64,000 nt of DNA from Cycas panzhihuaensis (Eukaryota > Plantae > Cycadophyta), in NCBI GenBank assembly GCA_023213395.1, contig CM041465.1, positions 73,973,741 through 74,037,740 on the forward strand. Direction: 5' to 3'. The notes beneath the pieces are model-generated. The model searched no databases. It saw nothing but the letters and a program-made list of their open reading frames with translations, and was not told where the DNA came from. Both the position numbers and the translations under genes were made by a program. Positions 1-11,700 of this stretch are shown here, piece by piece (positions within the stretch are counted from its first letter, which is position 1; each line of letters starts with the position of its first letter).

Positions 1-2584
1 TAAGACCCCATAGTTCATGTTAAAGCTTTTGATTTAGCATGTATTAATTATTAGCCTTACAACCATATTTTAATAAAATCTAAAACAATGAGGAAGGACT
101 AACCAAAGTAAGAGGTCTAAAAGAGTTTAGACCATAATATATATTTTCTTATGGATAAGATAATGGTGACTAATCAATTCTAGTGACCCATATTATAATA
201 AGTGTGAGGTAGCCCAATAATGCTCGTATGTAACTCTAACAAGCCTCAAGTTCTAAAGAGATGAAAAGACAAAGAGCACTACTCTTAATGGGATGAATGA
301 AGCTCACTTAGCTATCAACACCTTATGTGTAAACATAGGGTAAGGATAGACACCCTTTACTAGATCGTTTAGAATATGGATATCAAAGACTTGACCCACT
401 TAAGGGCATAAGATTACTTCTCCCATTTGATGATTAAATTTAGGTAGAAAGATAGTGGTCCCCCTTTTTCAAAGGGAGAAGGGCCTTATCTTAAAAGAAA
501 ATTATAAGAAGCAAACATTAGAGTCCTAAGATACAACTAGTATGCATTTCCATTTAAATGAAACTAATAAATAATCCTAGTTTATAAAAAGCCTTTCAAC
601 CTTGCAAGTTTAAATATTCACAAGAAGTATGAACCTTAACTCTATTAGTCCTTTATTAAATCAACAAATAGAAACAAAATACAATGCAAAGTAATGATGT
701 GAGTTTATTCTTTTCTTATCCTTTTTTTTTTTTTAATCTTTTTATTTTGTAAAAAGAAATTGCCTATATGTAAGATGGAAAAGGGAGGATAAATAGGTAA
801 GATACATACATAAGTCTTTGTTTCTCTTTCTTTGGGAAATAAAACCCAAAAATTAGAATGTACTTTAAGCCTTTTTTTTTAGAAGCAAAATCTACAAAAG
901 AGGGTTCAAAGAGGGAAATGCCTAAATTTTTGTTTAGCCCTTTATCACATACATTAATCTCCTCTTAATATAAAATTTACCAAAGTCAACAAGTAAGGTT
1001 AAGTGGTATATACATTCAATCAAACTACTTAGAAAAAATCTAGTACCATCTTTGTTTACTAGATTAACTTATGCTAGGAAAAAGATTATGAGAAAGTATT
1101 CAAAGTGCCAACAAAGTAATTAAAAACAAGTTTGTTACTCATACCCTTTTAGTGATTCTAAAGAAATTTGGATAGCATTTTGACTACATAAAAGGCATTG
1201 AAGTAATATGAGAAAGTAGGAGAAAGGGGGTATTACTCCACTTTATACTCGAAATCTCTAAACCTATAAAATAAGTTGATGAAAGTGTTACTTCACTTAT
1301 AACTTAGATAACATACATGTATTCCAATTCAAATGATTTGAGAGCAACATTAATTAAGATAACGTTAGGACTTTTTAATAAACTAAAGAGGAAAATAAGT
1401 GAAGTCTCAAAATTAATAGGGTTGCCACCACATTCTAAGCTTAGAGAGTGCTACTAAACCCCACTTTTTCTCTTGCTAGACACTTCCAATAGTAGTAAAG
1501 TGAATTAATCAAGTAAGAAAGGCATCAAACTATGTAACAAACTCATAAGGAAATGAAAATAGAATAAGAAACAAGTGAAAATATGAAAGGAAGATGAAGT
1601 AAAGCTAAAGTGGATTAGGGATGTCTCAATTCCTAAACCAAAGAGGTGGCTCTTAGTAAATTCTTCAATTTAAGAGATCTCTAACTCTAAATTACCTTCA
1701 ATCTCCAAAAATAAATGGATGCCAAAGAGAAATATAAAGCAAACTAAAAATCAACGAGAGATCTAGCAAAATTTTGGTAGCACAACATCTCAACTTGGCC
1801 TCCCCATTTCATAAAATGGGAGGGTGATTTATAAATGATGAGAAGTGAAGAAAGATAGTATTAGGCCCATGGTTTTGAATCAAATCATGGGTAAATTTCC
1901 CATGCATTTAGCTCAAACTTAATGACAGGGCATTGATGAGTAGGTTATTGGGAAGGAAATAATAGATTTCCTAAGTTTTTTTATAATGTTAGTGTCAAAA
2001 TTGCATATGGGCTTATTAATTATGCACTAAATACATGTAACCTTTTTTTAAATTTATTAACTATCATCCCACAAAGTTCTCAATGGTACTATAAAGTTTG
2101 GAACTTTGCTATATCATGGTGAACTTTGTGGTACTTCTAAGCTCTTTAGAGACCAAAAATAGAGTGAGGCAGATATATTTTAATACAAGACAATAAAAAA
2201 ATAGAGTAGGACAAGTAATAATCACAATAGAATGGATGAAAATGAGCTAAACTAAGGTATCTTTAACAATAAAAATATCTAACAAAGTAAGATAAGCATG
2301 TAAACACCAAAATCAAAGGAAAAAAAAGGCAAAAAATGTTTGTAAGAGTACTTAGAGGCCATTCTACAACCAAACTGGCTTAAGTGGATAACTTGTTTTA
2401 TCATTAACCAATGTCAGACTCATCATTGACTAAAAACACACATGCCTAATCAATAAGATAATAGATAAATATTAGTACATATGCTTATAACAAGTTGACA
2501 TGTAAATTGAAATAAGAAAGAGAAATATATACCTTTATTTTCTTATATTTTGATGAATATAGACTTCTTGGGTTATAAGTAACA
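1..2584 (-). repeat. T1 3' LTR (partial)
   Basis: Colinear with ~22900-25463, e.g. ctactcttaat(g/a)ggatgaatg, agggttcaaagagggaaat and cacttccaatagtagtaaagtgaatta occur in both. Similarity ends at aaca 2584/25463. Confidence 0.85.
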
Positions 2585-3050
2585 CTCACGCCCTTAGTAG
2601 TAGAACTTCTTTAGATATAGGTTATAAGATGGTAAATGGTATCAATAATGCCATAATTATATTGTTCATATACTTATTGAAAATTAAGGGAAAGTAGTTT
2701 GCCATACTTTAACCTCCTTAACAGGTGCTCAAAGAATGTTATCCCTAGTCTAACCTCATCAACAAGAATGTCAATGGTGTGTTGAATAGGGTAGAGATTG
2801 GATTTGTAGTCTAATCTACCATAATGAGATTAAAATCCATAATAAAATCTAAATGAATATAAGAGGGTCACCATAGTTGATCCTCATTAGTGACTACTTT
2901 TGGAGTAATCTAAAGCACTTGAGGTATTACCTTCGTAGTCAAGGATTGGGATTAGAAGCTAACATTATAGTCATAGTTTAGCCCCAATAAGAAGTGCCCT
3001 TCGAAGGAGGAGTTATTTGATCTTGTATTAGAGATGGGTTTATCACCATA
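2585..3050 (-). pseudogene. T1 candidate sense accessory ORF C (unknown product)
   Basis: Manual translation GRLDYKSNLYPIQHTIDILVDEVRLGITFFEHLLRRLKYGKLLSLNFQ*VYEQYNYGIIDTIYHLITYI*RSS is protein-like. The upstream part needs one frameshift. Confidence 0.4.
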
Positions 3051-3374
3051 TTATCCTTTTCAGTGAGTACCCCTCAAAGATAAGGATTTTTGGGCTCAAC
3101 TTGGAGTTAAAGAAAATATTTTTGTTATTTTTGGTTTTGTAATATTTTTGGAGTCTTATTATTTTATAGTGTTTTTTGGATTTTCTTTTCTTTAACTTAT
3201 TTATGATTTATTTAAGTTTTTATTTGTTTCTTAGGAAAGAAAATAAACTAGGAAAAATAAGGAATCTAAAACAATAGACTAGGAAATGACCAAATTGTAG
3301 ATGATACCAGAGGATTACCCTTTTCATAAAGCCATAGTAAGGTTGATATTTACATATTTATAAAATAATTTAAG

Positions 3375-3500
3375 ATCACACTAGAGTATTAGATAGTTCT
3401 AACCTTATTTTAGAGCAATAATGGTAGTTTAGGCTCATACTTAGAGCATTACATAATTCACCCTCAATTTAGAGATAGACACTTTACCCTCATTTTAAGG
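3375..3500. repeat. Degenerate ~28-30 bp tandem array (ggtagtttaggctcattttagagcaata-like)
   Basis: About 4 diverged units; same unit as 8601-8710. Confidence 0.7.
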
Positions 3501-4335
3501 ACTCCATGAATTGATGAGGAAGTTAGCTTATAGGCTCAACTTTATTGATGGGCTTGGAAGCCTTAAGGGGAGTGCCCATTTCTAGTAAATAATGTTAAAG
3601 AATGAAGACAACTAATCGATCCATCTCAATATTTTATCCTCATAGAACATGTCAAATTATAACAAATGAGATATATGATAAGATTAACCTATCTAGGTTA
3701 TAGAGAGATCATAATTTAGGGTAGTAAACTTGGTAGGCATTGGTAAGATGGCAAACAATAAGCTAAAAGTTGAAGAATAATAGGTTAGGATTACAATGGA
3801 ATTGTAGTACATTAATGAGTGTTTCAATGGTAGTAATATACTTGGCAATATTATTGGTAACTAAAGGAAGGTAGATTCTAGTATGGGTTAAGACATGGCT
3901 TGCTTGATCTCATATGGTCTAGGGTACAGTAGAAGGGCCAAGATTTCCATGGCTTCTCTCATTGATATAGATTATTAATGCTATGGGGAATATAATAGTG
4001 ACTTAGAGAGAGCATGTTGAATGAAAGAAATGGAGAAGGGATCAATTAATATAACTAGGTTCCAAATTTGTGGCCTTAACTTAAACTTTTAAATAGGTTG
4101 GAAGTGGATCCCATAAGTGGTTGTTCATCACTACTAAGGTAAAATTTTAAAATTATGGTTACACCATTCTAGATATTAAGTAGGTTTGATTATGATTGAG
4201 GCCATAATGGACTTAAATAATTAGATCCAAAGGTCCTAAATGATCTACACATATGGATCTAAACTATACATCACAAGTGGGAATGAATCTAACATACGAT
4301 TTACCCTTGATAATAAGAAGGTATTAAGAGGTCTA
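3490..4335 (-). pseudogene. T1 candidate sense accessory ORF B (~280 codons, unknown product)
   Basis: One frame with no frameshift, ending ...HQFMESLK* at 3490-3492 where the tandem array starts. Internal stops are compatible with decayed Q/R codons. Confidence 0.55.
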
Positions 4336-4450
4336 TATACATATATAAAATATTTTTATTTTGATATTTTTTATTTTATATCTTTTAGTGTATTTATACT
4401 CTTTTTTTAATACTATTTTAATTTGTTTTTTCTTTCCATTTGGAGAGTTA

Positions 4451-5215
4451 TCATTTTTGTAAGGGAGGAGGAAATTGCATTATATGATGGTTCAGATAAG
4501 GGCCATGGTGAACTAAACATTGCTGAACTTGCTTTTCGAGTGAAGCTTCCAAGTAAGTCCTAAACTAACCTTAGAAGGCAAGCTGGCTATAATTATCACA
4601 AGACACTTTCTAGAACATTATGGGTATTACTATTATTGTGGGTATGAAAAGATGTCATGGTGATGAGTGAACTTATGGGTCACTAAGTTATTCAAAAAAG
4701 GATAGCACTATTTAACTAAGTAGGACCACATAGGAACCTAAAAACAAGGCCATGAAGATCAAATCGCCAAGGGAACTAGGGTAGTTTATATGAGCTATCT
4801 TTAACCATTATTTGGTTAGGAAATGAGTGAATAAAGGTCCTTTGAGAAAATTTTATAGTAAGTTAGACTATCTACTATAATGAGGACCACATGGGATTGC
4901 TATACGGGAGCACATAACATGGTCAAGTTAGTAGATGCTTGCTTAAATTATGGATTGCATATAGGTGAAAACTATTATTTATGTGGTAGTAAATTGCATA
5001 AGAAAGTCTAAAGAAAAGGTGGCAAGTATAGGGGCTATGGAGGGAAAACACTAAATAACATAGGTTATTTATGAATAAATAATATCATTGAGAAGGCATT
5101 TCAAAACTTTAAATTTTGACTATAAACACCTATATGCACAAGAGGGATTACCTTGAGGCCCTAAAGGATGAAATGTATTAAAGGAACTAAGGGTTACCTA
5201 TTAAAAAGGGCTCAT
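4451..5215 (-). pseudogene. T1 candidate sense accessory ORF A (255 codons, unknown product)
   Basis: ATG 5215 to TGA 4451 in one frame: MSPF**VTLSSFNTFHPLGPQGNPSCAY...RTYLEASLEKQVQQCLVHHGPYLNHHIMQFPPPLQK*. Confidence 0.5.
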
Positions 5216-6217
5216 ATAACTAGCATGAGTGAGTTCACTACTAAAAAATAAACCGCTTAATTATAAATAATAGTATTCTAAGAGATAATTATCTTAAGAC
5301 AAATTTTATTAACATAAAGTGCATTAATGACACATTAATAATGTTAATTAAGGGTCATTTTTAGAGGCCTTTTACATTGCAGTTCATAAAAAATGAGCTA
5401 TGGTAATGACAAACTTTGATTTACAAAATAAAAATATGAGAAAAATGGGATCTAACGAGATAGATGGGGTAAAAATTTGACTTTTCAAAGCTAGGTTAGG
5501 ATGATTATAATATTTTTTTTTTTTAAATTTTTAATTTTATTTTTATATTTAAAGTTAGAAATATTTTTGTTAGGATTTTTGACCCTAAAATACTTTCAGG
5601 CTTATTATGAATAAATAGGAGGTCAAATCAATGCATGATCAATAGAATTAGGCTTGTGGCTTTGAGATGGCCCATCAGGCACTGGACCCAATAGGCCTAA
5701 ACCTCTTAATAATTTTTTATTTACATTTTTAGGTTTTTAAGTGTTTGTCCTAATTTTTACTTATTTTTTACTAAATGGGATCTAATCAAACTTTTGTTTA
5801 CGGCTAGACCAAGGCAATTCAATTGCCTAGTCATTTTGAATGGACCAATTTTTGGTTTGGGTTATTAATTTTTTATTTTTTAAAATCAATTTCTTATCAT
5901 TTTGGTTCATACAAAACTTTATGGGATGTGGTTCGAGGTAGACCACAGTATCGTGAAGTTTAATATAGTATTAGGAAGCAAGAAAACTCATTAGTACTAT
6001 AAAAATTAAATTTTTGTAGTACCGTGAAGATCTTTATAGTATAAAATTTGTGCCATGGGATGTATAAGAGACTTTGTGAGATGCTCAAAATTGAGATAAT
6101 TTTTTAAGTTTTTAATTTAATTTGCCAATTTTAGTAGATTATCATTAGTCTATGATTTATTCTAGCTAGGGAGAAGCTTGCTCAATAAGCTTTGACTTTG
6201 TATTTACTTGTTTTCAA

Positions 6218-7870
6218 TGAGTTATTACAGTGAATAACTATGTGAACTCAGGTTCTAAGATGCTCACCCTCGTCAAAAATATGAATGCTTAGCATGTTAT
6301 GGACTGCTACAAATTGTTTCATCATGATAGTATACATTCGACCATACCCTTCTTATAAATATTATCATCAACTTGGACTAGAGGAGGTAGATATTTCACT
6401 TGGCGATCATAAGAGATATGAGGATGACCCCCTATGATGTAGGGTAGATTTTGAGTGTCCCATGTGTTGAATCACCACTTGAGTCGGGGCCCCTACCTAG
6501 CATAAAGAGGGTATATATTTGTGCAACTTATTTTTTTTAATCATGGGGATATGCGGGATCATAAGGATGATAACCTTAGTCACCTATTGGCTTGAAGAGT
6601 TCCATTATCATGAAAACTTATCATTTACACCATCTTGTTCTACATTGAACATAAATAGAACTTTATAAAGTTCTCCAATAATTGGATGGATGTAGGTTAT
6701 GTGGAGATGCAAGATTGGAAAGCAACTTGATTGAGCCACCTTGATCATTACTAATATGTGAGCTTAGTTAGATCAAATCCAGATAGCAGGTGATGGTAGA
6801 TTTAATGTTATTTTTTTGATCATTTCCATCGACTGGGACCAAGAGTAGATCCATAATCTATTATAAATAGAGGACCACTAATTCATAAATTACTTATATA
6901 ATTTCAAAATTTAGGGGTAGTGGAATAGGTGAGTAGGACCATTTTTGCTAAGTCATTAGCCATAATTAGTATGGATAGATATACCATAGACTAATATGTT
7001 AGAGTACATCAGGATGTTGACATAAAGGAGAAGGAAATAACTATAGAGGGAGGTAGTAGGGATGGAGATTAGGCATCAACATTGCTCATAATTAAGGCAA
7101 TACCTAAGGGAGATCCGCTATAGATTATGGTAGATGCAACACCTAAGGAGGGTCCAATAGGAGATGGCATTGATTGGGCAAGAGGCTCTAGATAAGGAGA
7201 TGATAATTATGGTGTTAGTGATGGTATTTCTCCATGTTTATCTTTATTTCTTTTAATATTATGGTTTGGTTTAGCTTTCATTTCAATTATTGGTTTAGTA
7301 TTCCTTGTAATTATTGATCTCATTGTCATTTTTATGTAATAGGTGGGGGATTTACTCTAGATTTTACTCATTAGGTTTTAGACACCTTATTTGGCATGGT
7401 ATGTATACGAGGAAAGCCTCATGTTTTAGACATTATTGATCCAACACACACATGATCATATATAGTAGTGTTTGCTCTAATAAGTGGGACCCTAATGATG
7501 TGGGGGTAGAGTGAGTAAAGATGCTAGTTGAGATTATTGAGAGAGATGGAACTATAGCCTAGTTATAGGCTATGATGGCATATATGACTGAGCAAGGGGG
7601 ACAAGCCCTAAGGCAATTATAGTTCTAGTAATTATGCTCCCAGTATAGGTTATTCTAGGGGTAGAGACTTAGATTATTATTTTATAGTCCTAGTTACCAT
7701 CCATAAATGCCTAGTTAGCTCAAGTGCAACATCATATAGGAGACTATAGAAGATGGTGATGGAGAGGTCCTATCACTTGCACACAAGTGTCCATACTTCT
7801 ATCTAGTAAAGGGGTGAGCAGAGGAGGTAGAGAGATAAGGCAAGGTAGGCCCCTCATAATAGCCTTGATT
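6218..7870 (+). pseudogene. T1 antisense Plant Mobile Domain (PMD)-like gene, two exons, intron 7224-7342
   Basis: ILSSTWTRGGRYFTWRS*EI/MTPYDVG*ILSVPCVESP and LD*ATLIITNM resemble PMD motifs (W..ETHTF...GEMT.TL.DV..ILGLP..G; WG.AVLA.LY). Protein-level match to 27190-28826(-). The GT...AG T-rich intron is phase 1. Confidence 0.7.
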
Positions 7871-8600
7871 AATATAGCCCACTAATAGTTTTGAGACACC
7901 AAAAATTAAGTGACAGTAAGAGGGGCATTTATATGACATATTTTGTATGATTGTATTATAGGATGTATGTATCTATTTTCTTATTCAAGCTTCTTATATA
8001 CCCTTGTTGACATTTTTGACATGCATACATACATGGGATGTTGATTTGAGCTCCCATGTTATGATTTATATCTTTATATGAGACTTTTATTACTTGTGTT
8101 TGAGTCTTAAATATTATGCATACATCTGCTACTTAGTCACCTAGGTTGCTTTGTGATGCACACATAATACTTGGAAACAAAAATAGTTTATTCTTAGTTA
8201 TACAGTTGGATTGGATATATGAACACACACATATATATATATTTTATTTATTTTATTTTTTTGGGTTTTGTAGCTTTGCATTTTTTTTATCATTTTGAAA
8301 ATAATATTAACAAGTGACAGTTTCTACTCGTAATAGAGTTTGATTACTAATTTATACTTATAAAGGAGTATAATATCCCCATAGAGGGAGGTTTTACTCA
8401 TAATAGAGTGTGGGGTGTTATAATAGGTAATAAATATTAATATATCATAATATGCATGGTTATTGTAGTTTAACCTCTTCTATAATTTATTCATAGGGGA
8501 TTTTTAGGCAATGTCTACCCATATTGGGTCACTATATTTTAGCATCTTTAGTAGCTAAAAATTCAAAGGGATTCTCAATTTATGCTATTAGTGGAGTATG

Positions 8601-8710
8601 GGTAGTTTAAGCTCATTTTAGAGAAATGATAGCTTAGGCTTATTTTAGAGCAATAGGTAGTTTAAGCTTATTTTAGAGTATTAGATAATTTAGGCTTATT
8701 TTGGAGCATG
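8601..8710. repeat. Degenerate ~28 bp tandem array just downstream of the T1 integrase stop
   Basis: Units ggtagtttaagctcattttagag / gatagcttaggcttattttagag / ggtagtttaagcttattttagag / gataatttaggcttattttggag. Confidence 0.8.
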
Positions 8711-8723
8711 GCTAGTAATATTG

Positions 8724-11700
8724 TTAGCTATAAAAATTCTTAAGAAACTACCCATTGATAGATTTTTCAAATTTGAGGCCTTCAAGGGTGGTAATTTAAT
8801 ACACACCATTAAATAGATCCTCTAAGATCATAAATGGGCCTACCCATTTAGGGTAAAACTTTGGGTGACAATCGTGCAAATATTCAAGCTTAAGGACTTT
8901 ATCTCATGGGGCAAACTTCTAAGACCATAAATATTTATCATAGGCCTATTGACCCTTGGCCTTAGAAGTGAGGTTTTTTTGATATACAATAAGGTGTGCT
9001 TTATTTAAGGATTATAAGTCTAGAGGCCATACTTGATAATACCACATTATATCAACAAAATCCTTCATCGACAATCTTAGAGATGGGATCTCAGCTTTTG
9101 ACCTGTTTATAAATGGAGAAGGGTGTCATACCTGTGGTGGTTTGTATATATGTTTGATAGATACATAGAGTAGTATGCAAATGAATGTGCCTATCCTATT
9201 AGGATTTGGATACTATTTTCTTTAGAATTAAAATCAGAGTTTTGTTGAATGCTTTAATTTACTCATTTACTCAAGGGTAGTAGGGTGATGATGTCTTATG
9301 ATTGATATGAAATTTATTGCATAGTTCATCTATCTTGTTATAATAAAATAGGGTTCTATTGTTTGCAATTAAGACATTTGGGACCCTAAAATAATAAATA
9401 ATATGTTGGAAGATGAACATGGCATTAAGCTTACCTATAGTTTAGGACAAAGGGATTACCTTGACCCACTTGGTGAAGTATTCGATTGTAGTCAAGATAA
9501 ACTTATGCTATGAGGAGGATGGGTGAGTAATAGCCCTAATAAAATATAAAACCCATTGTAAGAAGGGCCAAAGAGAGACAATAATACATAGAGCCTTTGA
9601 TGGTTGGTAAATGATATTGGAATGTCCTTAGAATCTCTCATAGCTTTGGACATAGACACATGTATCTTTGAATAAGGTAGGCTAAAATTAACATGTTCAC
9701 ATGATTCTTTAAGCCATCAATTACTTGCCATAGTGCCCCCTATAAATGTTATCATGACATCTATAGAGGATCCACATATGTTTCTTTGGGATTGATGCAC
9801 TTAAGAAGGATCACTTCAAATGATCTCTTATATAGTGTGTTGCAAATGAGGAAGTATTATCAAATTGTGGCCCTCACATATTACTTTACCTTATCGCTTA
9901 TATCTTTAGGATAGACTTGATGAACCAAGTAGTGAATAATATCACTATACCATTCAACATTAATTGGTCTTTGTCCTTTGATTTACCTTTGAGCCATAAT
10001 GGCCTCTTAAGTAAAGAGTCGTTTATGAGAATATTAGTAGGGTTGGAGATGGGTGCATGAGCTAATTGCTCAACTATTATCATCCTCTTCTTATATTTTC
10101 TATTAATCATTTATAGGTCATACTCTTGTAGGAGGATTACCCATTTCCTACTAATCCTGTTAGGTCAAATTTTGTTAATAGATAATAGAGAGAGTTAGAT
10201 TCTATGATGACACTCAACATGTTATCAAGGAGCTAGTGCCTCAACTTCTTGTTGGCAAACATGAGTATAAGACACTCTTTCTCTATGGGGATGTAATTAA
10301 TATTTGCTACCATGAGAATATGGTTAATAAAGTAGACAACATGCTCTATCCCCAAGTCATCCTCTTCATCCAACATGGCTCCAATTATCTCATTCATGGA
10401 AGACACATATAAGATGAAGGGCTTGTCAAAATGAGGTGGGCATAAGGTTTAGGTAGACACAAGGCCTCATTTAAGACCTTTAAAGATAGCTTAGGTTGGC
10501 ATTATTTAAACAAAGGGGATCCCTTTTTTTGGAGGTTTATCATGGGTTTAGGATTCATGGCAAAGTTAGCCAAGAAGCATCAAAGAAAACTAAGACTTCC
10601 TAAGAATAACTTGATTTATTTATAAGTAAGAGGTAGGGACATCTCTAGGATTGCCCTTAACTTCTCATAGTCAACCTTGATTCCCTACTTAGACATAATA
10701 AATCCCAATAAATTTTCTATTATAATAGCAAATATGTGTTTGAGTAGGTTGAGGCTAACATGATGCTTTTTACACCTTAAGAAGATCTTCTTGTAATTGA
10801 CAAGGTGATGTCCCCTTTTTCGTGAAAGTCTAAGTATATCATTAGTGAACACTTCCATAATTTATTTATGTAATCATGGAATATAAGTACATGGATCGGT
10901 AGTAAGTGGAACCAACATTTTAAAGACTAAAGGGAATTGCCACATAAGCAAATATTCCCCATGATGTTATGGAAGTCATTTTGTGATGGTCCTTGATAGA
11001 GATCTAAATTTAGTTGTATCCTAAGAAACTATCAATGAGAGACATAACTTCAAACCCTACCATCCTATCTATGATTTGATTGCTAAAGGGAAGGAGGAAG
11101 TTGTCTTTGGGATAAGCATTATTGATATTATAAAATTCAATATAAACATGAATTATCTCATTCTTTTTCACCACTAGGATGATGTCGACACTCGTTGTGG
11201 ATAGTCAATTAATATGATGATGCCCATGTTATGGAGTTTTTTAGCCTATATTTTGATGGTAGTTAAGAGCTTATGGTATATTAGGTGTTACTTTTTCCTC
11301 ACTAACTTGGATTTAGGGATGGTTTTGAGGTTGTGCATGACAACCTTGGGGTTTATTCCTTTCATGTTAGCATAGTTATATACAAAAAAAATCTTAGAAC
11401 TCTTGAAAGATATCTATATTCCTAGTGATCCCCCACCTTGATAACTTTACCTAGGATGATAAGGATGTCTACAATCTCCCCCCTGAGGACAAACTTCCCC
11501 TCCTCAAAGTGGGGAAAAGCCTACTCTATAAGTACATCTATTATGGCCTTAGTCACAATGGACTTGACTAAAGAGGAGCGAATTGTAAGGTATTTTGAAA
11601 CCCCAACTTGTGGTGATTCAAAGGGAGATAGGAGCAAACTCTATGAGGTGCTCTAATAATTCTTCATCATTTTTGAAGTAATCAATGACATGGATAACCT

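Noticed and set aside
7890-7940. gagacaccaaaaatt...aagaggggcattt resembling an Ogre PPT/LTR start
   Set aside because: No partner LTR or TSD, and wrong orientation for T1.
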